This document shows positions 6,532 to 12,188 of a stretch of 15,026 nucleotides of DNA, one piece after another. The notes under the pieces were generated by a model. That model was not told where the DNA came from. It searched no databases and was given only the letters and a program-made list of their open reading frames with translations. This DNA comes from a virus. How positions within the stretch are numbered: the first letter of the stretch is position 1; each line of letters begins with the position of its first letter. The stretch lies in the IMG/VR virus record IMGVR_UViG_3300045988_095445. The stretch is one strand, 5' to 3'. A program made the position numbers and the translations under genes.

Positions 6532-6990
6532 TTATCTTTCAGCCATATTTGAAAAATACCTTGCGACTAGTTTAACCATTTCATGAATAGATTCATCATT
6601 GTGCAAATTTTTGTAACAAATGAATCCAATTTGTCCACCATCAGAAAAAATGGGAGTAATAAACATAGATTTCCACGCTGTCGCAGGTTGGCTGATATTA
6701 CTCCATTCATCTGGTGGTATAGAAATTTTGAAAGAACTAGGCCCGCTTAAAAGTTTATCTGAATCGAAGATTGCCGCGGAAATGTGATTAACAGAAAGGG
6801 CATTTCGCATTTCGTGGGCATGGTCAACGAAAAAAGATAGTGGAGAATATTTCTTGAAGGCTATACAGTCGCCATCAAGAAAAATTTCCATAGGGTCGCC
6901 TTCTCTAATTCGCATACTCCTACGAATTTCTCTAGGAATAACAATACGCCCTAGGTCATCAATATGTCGAACAATACCAACAGCTCTCAT
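6532..6990 (-). CDS. spoVT: SpoVT/AbrB-family regulator. It has an N-terminal swapped-hairpin DNA-binding domain and a SpoVT-like (GAF-type) C-terminal domain, 152 aa.
   Basis: GIVRHIDDLGRIVIPREIRRSMRIREGDPMEIFLDGDCIAFKKYSPLS is near-identical in pattern to B. subtilis SpoVT (GIVRRIDDLGRVVIPKEIRRTLRIREGDPLEIFVD...KKYSPIS). The C-terminal ...PIFSDGGQIGFICY...LVARYFSNMAE resembles SpoVT ...PIVANGDPIGAVVIF...FLARQME. Confidence 0.85.
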   Translation of the reverse strand: MRAVGIVRHIDDLGRIVIPREIRRSMRIREGDPMEIFLDGDCIAFKKYSPLSFFVDHAHEMRNALSVNHISAAIFDSDKLLSGPSSFKISIPPDEWSNISQPATAWKSMFITPIFSDGGQIGFICYKNLHNDESIHEMVKLVARYFSNMAER

Positions 6991-6999
6991 TTTTTTATC

Positions 7000-7033
7000 G
7001 CGGGAGCATAGAATACAAGTCCTATACTCCCGC
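7000..7033 (-). terminator. Weak hairpin GCGGGAG-N20-CTCCCGC between genes 7045-7443 and 6532-6990. It is possibly an attenuator.
   Basis: 7-bp stem with a long loop. No promoter lies between the two genes. Confidence 0.3.
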
Positions 7034-7044
7034 GCCTCCTTTCC

Positions 7045-7443
7045 TTAAAGCGATTTCCGCAGTTCGTCTAGTAGAGTAGACAGAGTTTTCATATCGCCGC
7101 CCATTTCCAGCTTGACACAAATCAGGCTTGCATTTTCCTCTACCCACTTTGTCACAGTGGACAGCTCTTCATCCATCGTTTGATTGATGGGGTTGTAAAG
7201 ACTGCACATATTTGACTTGGCGCACTCCGGGTCATAATAGCGGCGGAGCTTATATCCCTTTGCCGTGGCGCGCTCAATAATCTTTGTATTCAGCGCCTCA
7301 ATCTCTTTCCGGCCTTCCTCGATAAAATCCTCAAACTCTTTCATAGCTCCCGCATACTTGGCTCGGATTTCCTCTCGTTTGGCGTTCGCAATCTTGTTGA
7401 CCTCGTCATTGATATAGGCTTCAATCCTCTTAGTAACACGCAT
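7045..7443 (-). CDS. Hypothetical protein, 132 aa.
   Basis: ORF with TAA stop and the promoter just upstream. Confidence 0.55.
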   Translation of the reverse strand: MRVTKRIEAYINDEVNKIANAKREEIRAKYAGAMKEFEDFIEEGRKEIEALNTKIIERATAKGYKLRRYYDPECAKSNMCSLYNPINQTMDEELSTVTKWVEENASLICVKLEMGGDMKTLSTLLDELRKSL

Positions 7444-7501
7444 TTCTAAAACTCCCTTTCTTATTTTAATTTATTTTTGGGGCTGCCCCTTCCATAGTCT
7501 T

Positions 7502-7530
7502 ATTGTACCACAGAAGGGGCAATTTGTCAA
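7502..7530 (-). promoter_or_regulatory. Promoter TTGACA-17-TGgTACAAT.
   Basis: -35 at 7525-7530, -10 at 7502-7507. Confidence 0.7.
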
Positions 7531-7537
7531 CCCCTTT

Positions 7538-7768
7538 TTACAAGGAAAGTAAATCCATCATAGTCATTTCATCAACCGCCTTATCGGCTTCCTCATCGAA
7601 AATACCCTTGATAATATCGGCCGCGTCATCGGGAGTACATATGCCGATCCGCAGGAATTTCCCCAAAGACTGGAGCATTGCCTGTGCTGCTTCTCCTGGG
7701 CAGAACTCCTCCATGGTCTTATGCAGAAGAATAATCCCCTGTCTATCCTGCTCAGTCATTCTATACAT
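7538..7768 (-). CDS. Hypothetical acidic protein, 76 aa.
   Basis: ORF with TAA stop. Confidence 0.5.
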   Translation of the reverse strand: MYRMTEQDRQGIILLHKTMEEFCPGEAAQAMLQSLGKFLRIGICTPDDAADIIKGIFDEEADKAVDEMTMMDLLSL

Positions 7769-7819
7769 AGCAATATTTCCTTTCTGGTTTAATGAGTTTT
7801 CCTTCTCTTTACATTATTG

Positions 7820-7848
7820 ATTATACCACTGTTTAAGCGGTTTGTCAA
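7820..7848 (-). promoter_or_regulatory. Promoter TTGACA-17-TGgTATAAT.
   Basis: -35 at 7843-7848, -10 at 7820-7825. Confidence 0.7.
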
Positions 7849-7852
7849 CCCT

Positions 7853-7990
7853 TTACATCAAATTTTTTGCCAAATATGCGAACATTAGAATTTCTGCGGC
7901 AAACATGATTTCAAGCCGAATACAGCCTTTTTGAGCAGCCGCCATTAACTGCCATGCAAGGCAGGCCACAAACGCAATCAAAACAATCAT
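7853..7990 (-). CDS. Possible 45-aa hydrophobic peptide (MIVLIAFVACLAWQLMAAAQKGCIRLEIMFAAEILMFAYLAKNLM).
   Basis: ORF below the track cutoff. The SD is 22 nt from the ATG and the ORF lies between a terminator and the next promoter, so it may not be expressed. Confidence 0.2.
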   Translation of the reverse strand: MIVLIAFVACLAWQLMAAAQKGCIRLEIMFAAEILMFAYLAKNLM

Positions 7991-8023
7991 TGTGAAGGTA
8001 GTTATATATATACTCCTTTTCTG

Positions 8024-8050
8024 GTTAAGAGGGTTTATACCCTCTTAACC
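8024..8050 (-). terminator. Hairpin GGTTAAGAGGG-TTTATA-CCCTCTTAACC overlapping the stop of gene 8035-8268.
   Basis: 11-bp perfect stem with the TAA stop in the loop. Confidence 0.55.
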
Positions 8051-8268
8051 TCGATAATCTCCATATCGAAATCTTCCCAATATGCGCCCATGAGAAGGTC
8101 ATGCCGCAAGTCCCCTTCATTCTCATAGTCCATATCTTCCAGAATTTGGCTCCACTCGCTTTCGGAATACTGGGCCTTGAGCCAGTCCCATCCCGCATGG
8201 CGTGCGCCAGTTTCAGTATCAGAAACGCCGATAATCTTTTCTCTACTGTCAGCCATTACCAGATACAT
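8035..8268 (-). CDS. Hypothetical acidic Trp-rich protein, 77 aa.
   Basis: ORF with SD AAAAGGAGA and TAA stop. Confidence 0.55.
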   Translation of the reverse strand: MYLVMADSREKIIGVSDTETGARHAGWDWLKAQYSESEWSQILEDMDYENEGDLRHDLLMGAYWEDFDMEIIEVKRV

Positions 8269-8321
8269 AACTCATTCTCCTTTTGTTTCGAGGGCTTTTG
8301 TTCTCCCCTCTTGATGATACA

Positions 8322-8505
8322 AGTATAACAGATAGCAGATAGAAAGTCAAGCAATTTTGGGAAAAAATCTTCCGTCAGATTGCACAACAATTCGAGCCTA
8401 AAATTGTGCAAATTGCCTCTTGATAAAAAATTCCGGCCGCGCCTGTGGTGCACGGCCGGGCGAACGAATAAAAAAAAAGAACCTCCTGAATTTCAGGAGG
8501 TCATT
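8322..8505 (-). promoter_or_regulatory. Intergenic module D: terminator 8481-8504 (ACCTCCTGA-ATT-TCAGGAGGT), GC hairpin 8433-8459, TTGTGCAA (8404), TTGCACAA (8380), promoter TTGACT-17-TGtTATACT (8322-8350).
   Basis: Read directly. Confidence 0.7.
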
Positions 8506-8543
8506 AATTTCTGCATACCAACAACTTCCTTTCTTTTGAGAAG

Positions 8544-8777
8544 TCAATCGGCATTTTCAACAATCTTTAATCCGTTTGCTTGGATAATTTTCATAGCTTC
8601 TTCAAGCGAGGAATCAACCGATCCGCAGTCGATACAGATATATTTTCTGCCATCTTTTACCATAGTAGTAAAATAGTATTCTTGGCCAGAAACAAGGCCC
8701 ATCTACTCTCGCAGTCTTACTGGAATCATGATACGCCCACTTGAATCTAATTTCCTTGAGAAAGTAGTTTCTTGCAT
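8544..8777 (-). pseudogene. AbrB-fold (swapped-hairpin) gene with one in-frame TAG at 8703-8705. It is either an amber-recoded gene (one 77-residue protein) or a nonsense pseudogene.
   Basis: MQETTFSRKLDSSGRIMIPVRLRE-[TAG]-MGLVSGQEYYFTTMVKDGRKYICID... aligns colinearly with AbrB RKVDELGRVVIPIELRR-T-LGIAEKDALEIYVDD, with the TAG occupying one residue position. There is no SD upstream of the ATG. Stop is TGA at 8544. Confidence 0.55.
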
Positions 8778-9014
8778 TTTGATAAATAAATTCTAGTGAC
8801 CTAGGCTCGTGCGAAAAACGACTCCATCACGGGAATCGCCGATTTAGAACAATCGGAAGGAACATTTACCACTCGCAAGGCATTTTCTGGCAGAACTGAG
8901 ACATAGGGCAATTTTACAAGAATCCTAGTTCAAACAGAACTCTAAAATAACCGCGAGTGCTTTCAGCACTTCTAAGGTCATTAGAAAAACTCCTTTCTTT
9001 ATTTTTCTATAATT

Positions 9015-9043
9015 ATTATAATATATTTTTTTGAAAAAATCAA
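9015..9043 (-). promoter_or_regulatory. Promoter TTGATT-17-TATAAT, followed by SD AAAGGAG and an 18-aa ORF (8923-8979) containing hairpin GAAGTGC-TGAAA-GCACTTC, then about 200 nt untranslated.
   Basis: -35 at 9038-9043, -10 at 9015-9020. Leader-peptide-like arrangement upstream of the AbrB-like gene. Confidence 0.45.
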
Positions 9044-9182
9044 TAGGGCCGGCATTACGCCAGCCCTAATCTCTGTAACCAAACCAGATGGTATTTACCA
9101 ATGTGAAGTAGAACTGTGCCATATCCCTTATTTGTCCAAACAGTGGAACCGATAGGATATGTATGCGGTAAACGCTCAATAC

Positions 9183-9398
9183 TCACTTTAGTTCCACCTC
9201 CTCGAAAGCTCCAATTTTTAGCAGATAATTATATAAGGCTCTATCTTGTTTGTCGCCGGTATTAAAATCAAGAGTACGAACACAGCCGGTAACATTGGAA
9301 TTAAGAGGATGATTCAAACACCAACCAGCCATATTACAAATTGTGTCTCCAAACTCCGCAGATTTTTCTACACTTTCAAATTTAATAACAGCAATCAT
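9183..9398 (-). CDS. Hypothetical protein, 71 aa.
   Basis: Strong SD AAAGGAGGAAT. TGA stop. Confidence 0.55.
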   Translation of the reverse strand: MIAVIKFESVEKSAEFGDTICNMAGWCLNHPLNSNVTGCVRTLDFNTGDKQDRALYNYLLKIGAFEEVELK

Positions 9399-9421
9399 AT
9401 TTATTCCTCCTTTTTATCATG

Positions 9422-9450
9422 GGGAGTGGAGGTTTGTGGCCTCCACTCCC
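9422..9450 (-). terminator. Hairpin GGGAGTGGAGG-TTTGTGG-CCTCCACTCCC between co-oriented genes. It may act as an attenuator.
   Basis: 11-bp stem. The next gene's SD follows immediately with no promoter. Confidence 0.5.
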
Positions 9451-9460
9451 GCAAGTTTTC

Positions 9461-9700
9461 TTAATCATCTACATAAATGATTAAATTGTTATCTCTTGCC
9501 TCAATGCCGGTTACCTGAAGTCCTAGAACCCATTCCTTAGATATCTCGATTACGTCTCCTCCCAGAGTTATTCTACCATCAGGTAATTCATGGTAATGAG
9601 CTTGGGTATTCTTATTGATAATTTCAAATCCCTCCCCGTCAAAGAACATAGTATCTTCTGCAAGCGGAGAAAGTAACCAAGCAACCATATCTAAAGTCAT
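9461..9700 (-). CDS. Hypothetical acidic protein, 79 aa.
   Basis: ORF with SD AAAGGAAG and TAA stop. Confidence 0.55.
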   Translation of the reverse strand: MTLDMVAWLLSPLAEDTMFFDGEGFEIINKNTQAHYHELPDGRITLGGDVIEISKEWVLGLQVTGIEARDNNLIIYVDD

Positions 9701-9754
9701 TTTTTTTACTTCCTTTCAAATTCTTTTTGTGGCCTGTCCCTTTGGACAAGTATA

Positions 9755-9955
9755 TAATAACACATGGCAAAAGGAATGTCAAGTAATTTCGGGAGAAAAA
9801 CTTTCGTCGAATTGCACAGACTTTCGGTCATATAATTGTTGAAATTGCCGAATAAATAAAAATTCGGGCCGCGGCGCACGCTGGCGGCCCGGCGAAAAGT
9901 CAATATGGAAAAGTGCATAAAAATGACTGGCAATCTTTGTGTAGATTGCCAGTCA
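9755..9955 (-). promoter_or_regulatory. Intergenic module E: terminator 9925-9953 (11-bp stem), GC hairpin 9865-9891, TTGCACAG (9812), promoter TTGACA-17-TGtTATTAT (9755-9783).
   Basis: Read directly. Confidence 0.7.
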
Positions 9956-9967
9956 AGTATTATTCCT

Positions 9968-10201
9968 TTACAGCTCCATGGTTTCCATGAGATAGCCCGT
10001 GCCCATCGGCACCTCCCGCAGATTGCTGGGACTTATACGCAACTTATATTTCCTATTGATTTTATTCGCCGCACTTGTCTTATCTCTCGCTTGGACAATT
10101 ACTGGTATATGGAGTTTATTTAGAGTGGGCTTATTAAGACTGAAATATCCCATCTCTCTGCGCTTGCGGCCCATGGCGTCGATATAAGTCCCTCTATACA
10201 T
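9968..10201 (-). CDS. Hypothetical basic protein, 77 aa.
   Basis: SD GGAGG 5 nt before the ATG. TAA stop followed by a terminator. Confidence 0.55.
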   Translation of the reverse strand: MYRGTYIDAMGRKRREMGYFSLNKPTLNKLHIPVIVQARDKTSAANKINRKYKLRISPSNLREVPMGTGYLMETMEL

Positions 10202-10212
10202 TTTTCCTCCTA

Positions 10213-10359
10213 TTATTTAGTCATGAGAACGAACATATTATATTCGCTGTGCTGTGGGTTTGGCTCACAGTTATCTGCCACTATATCAGCCCAACTAAGA
10301 ACTGTCCAGAGTAGGAGAGCGGCACAAATGCCGCCTCCTATCCGCTTAATAATTCTCAT
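10213..10359 (-). CDS. Small membrane or secreted peptide, 48 aa (MRIIKRIGGGICAALLLWTVLSWADIVADNCEPNPQHSEYNMFVLMTK).
   Basis: Its ATG overlaps the TGA of the upstream gene (ATGA). The N-terminal hydrophobic segment suggests a membrane location. It is below the track cutoff. Confidence 0.4.
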   Translation of the reverse strand: MRIIKRIGGGICAALLLWTVLSWADIVADNCEPNPQHSEYNMFVLMTK

Positions 10360-10658
10360 TTCCATTTCTTTGCCTCCTGTTCTTTAACCCATTCAGTACC
10401 GATTGTATCTCCGACCATAGCAACCTTATATTCGTCTTCGCTTACAATTCTGGTATGCAGATTGCTATTGATAAACTTTCTATTGATATAAGCCCAGTGT
10501 GGCATATAGGCCACTCGCATGGCATTAAAAGCATCCAGGTCTAAGATGATGCCGTCCTCTACCTCTGCGGAACGCACATTCATCTTATACCGCAAAAGTT
10601 TAATAAATTCACGCTTTCTAAAAGTAGGCCCAACGAACCATTTAATATAATTGTTCAT
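10356..10658 (-). CDS. Hypothetical protein, 100 aa.
   Basis: ORF with SD GGGGAGAAAGGA and TGA stop. Confidence 0.55.
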   Translation of the reverse strand: MNNYIKWFVGPTFRKREFIKLLRYKMNVRSAEVEDGIILDLDAFNAMRVAYMPHWAYINRKFINSNLHTRIVSEDEYKVAMVGDTIGTEWVKEQEAKKWK

Positions 10659-10704
10659 AGTCTTTTATCCTTTCTCCCCGTATAGCCGTTAGGTCAGCTT
10701 CTTT

Positions 10705-10851
10705 TTAATCTACGATTTCTCCACTGGATAAATCCACAATCCAATGATTAGGATTGACTATCTCGTGACTGACCTTCCATCTTGCCATTGAAAGGGTGGA
10801 TGGTTCATAATAGCGCATTTTCTCATTGGCTAAAACTTGTAACTGATACAT
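10705..10851 (-). CDS. Small protein, 48 aa (MYQLQVLANEKMRYYEPSTLSMARWKVSHEIVNPNHWIVDLSSGEIVD).
   Basis: SD AAAGGGG 8 nt upstream. It is the first gene of a four-gene unit. Below the track cutoff. Confidence 0.35.
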   Translation of the reverse strand: MYQLQVLANEKMRYYEPSTLSMARWKVSHEIVNPNHWIVDLSSGEIVD

Positions 10852-10880
10852 ATAGTATGCCCCTTTCTTTTAATTATTAT

Positions 10881-10917
10881 AACCCTGCCTTGCCTTGTGT
10901 TTTGCAAGGCAGGGTTT
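10881..10917 (-). terminator. Hairpin AACCCTGCCTTGC-N-GCAAGGCAGGGTT.
   Basis: 13-bp stem after the stop of gene 10926-11300. Confidence 0.65.
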
Positions 10918-10925
10918 ATAAACTG

Positions 10926-11300
10926 TTATCCTCTAATTTCTTCTTCTTGGGTCTTTGTCGCCCAATCAAAAGAGGTACGAACATCGGAAGGTCTGCGGAA
11001 TTGCTCTGCTTCGGCCTCTGTCCCGCCTAATGCCATAGCATAGGCTTTCCAGTCAACCGTTCCTTTTGCGGTAGTTTCTTTATATACCACCGCTTTCGCC
11101 TTACTTTGCATTTGTACCGTGCCATATAGATAACTTGTTTTGTCCGTAGCCTTAAAAGCCTTACCTAATCTGGAGAATAGCTCTTTAGCCTTAGCCTTAG
11201 CTGCTTTCTCCGCCGCCTCCGCCGCAGACTTAGCCATCTTAGCGGCCATATACTCCATAATAATGGCTCGATCTTCATTGGTAAAATCAATCTTTTTCAT
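10926..11300 (-). CDS. Hypothetical Ala/Lys-rich protein, 124 aa. The true start is the internal ATG at 11300, not 11363.
   Basis: SD AAAGGGAG lies inside the track's N-terminal extension, so the track start is wrong. Contains coiled-coil-like AAKMAKSAAEAAEKAAKAKAKE. Confidence 0.55.
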   Translation of the reverse strand: MKKIDFTNEDRAIIMEYMAAKMAKSAAEAAEKAAKAKAKELFSRLGKAFKATDKTSYLYGTVQMQSKAKAVVYKETTAKGTVDWKAYAMALGGTEAEAEQFRRPSDVRTSFDWATKTQEEEIRG

Positions 11301-11353
11301 ACTCTTTTGACTCCCTTTCTTTTTGTGGTGTGGTTCTCTTTTGTTCTGTCTGT

Positions 11354-11479
11354 ATTGTATCAAACCTTTAGCAGTTTGTCAATACCTTTTTTGAAATTTT
11401 TTTAATTTTCAAAGTGCCGTGCTTTTGTCTCTGTCCTACTGGACAAGTCCAGTTTACCACCAAAATGCTCACTTGTCAA
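11354..11479 (-). promoter_or_regulatory. Two tandem promoters: TTGACA-17-TGaTACAAT (11354-11382) and TTGACA-17-TGgTAAACT (11451-11479).
   Basis: Spacers counted directly. Confidence 0.65.
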
Positions 11480-11504
11480 TAGTTTTTTTGAAATTTCTTT
11501 CTCT

Positions 11505-11570
11505 CTCTTTTGCACAAAATAAATAACATCTTGTTGTGCAGTTTGCACAAATCCTTTACGCGCGCGTATT
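11505..11570 (-). promoter_or_regulatory. Partial module F: TTGCACAA (11510), palindrome TTGTGCA-GTT-TGCACAA (11534-11550) and short GC palindrome TACGCGCGCGTA (11557-11568).
   Basis: Read directly. Confidence 0.55.
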
Positions 11571-11574
11571 CCTT

Positions 11575-11660
11575 TAGGGGGCGTGCTTTCTTGCTTTCGT
11601 ACTTTAACGAGTGAAAGAGGCCAACTACACTTCAATACTTTACCATGTGAAAGAGGGGCG
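11575..11660. repeat. Two ~22-nt direct repeats, TACTTTA(A/C)C(G/C)(A/G)(G/T)GTGAAAGAGG, bracketed by GGGGCGTG at both ends.
   Basis: Copies at about 11599-11621 and 11634-11656. GGGGCGTG at 11576 and 11656. Confidence 0.4.
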
Positions 11661-11753
11661 TGTATTTTGGGAAAAACTGGAAATTTTTTTGTAAAATCGT
11701 TCTGCCACGCCATTTCAAAATCTAAATCGACTTTTCAATCTCAATAACGAAAA

Positions 11754-11778
11754 AGAGAGAAGAACTCACTTCTTCTCT
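11754..11778 (-). terminator. Hairpin GAGAGAAG-N9-CTTCTCTC followed by a T-run. It shares the stem sequence of the 672-697 terminator.
   Basis: 8-bp stem followed by TTTTTCGTTATTG on the minus strand. Confidence 0.6.
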
Positions 11779-12188
11779 CCGCATTTACACTTCTTTTTTA
11801 AATTATATATAATATGATATTCTCCACAGACTTTGCCGTCAAACCATACTAATACTTTATCCATCGTCGGTTGCCTCAAAACTAAAAATCAAATTATATC
11901 CATCCTCTAGTTTAATATTAATCGCATCAGATCTCCACATTGTAGGAATATACTCTAGCCTTGGATAACGATTGTTCTGTCAACAATAGTAAAATCAAAA
12001 CTATCCTAATTCTTCGCTCTACAAACTACTCCGCTATCCAATTATGGAATAAGTCTCTATAGAGGCTTATTCCTATATGATATATAAGACCGTCAACTTC
12101 TTTACTTCCCCAATATAACTTTTCCAATAGAAGCATGGGAAACTTGTGCGGCAAGTTTCCCTAGTCTCACCTCGCAATAATTAATTGC

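Noticed and set aside
8780-8990. Searched this and the other non-coding stretches (11580-11760, 14700 onwards) for a tRNA, especially a CUA-anticodon suppressor.
   Set aside because: No GGTTCGAATCC-type T-arm or cloverleaf could be recognised by eye. A suppressor tRNA is still expected elsewhere in the genome, so this needs tRNAscan-SE or ARAGORN.
9183-9398. Possible TGA read-through of the 71-aa gene into the in-frame downstream sequence (..ELK*VLSVYRIHIL..).
   Set aside because: The extension is short and hydrophobic, looks non-protein-like, and ends at TAG. There is no support for TGA recoding, and TGA is used as a normal stop elsewhere.
1901-9891. Covarying GC hairpins as riboswitches, small RNAs or CRISPR-like repeats.
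   Set aside because: Each is followed by a U-run on the transcribed strand and lies directly after a first terminator. A tandem intrinsic terminator is the most parsimonious reading, and the covariation is noted as a finding instead.
11402-11713. Minus-strand 103-aa ORF.
   Set aside because: It overlaps the two tandem promoters, the TGCACAA palindrome and the direct repeats, and has no SD. It is intergenic regulatory DNA.
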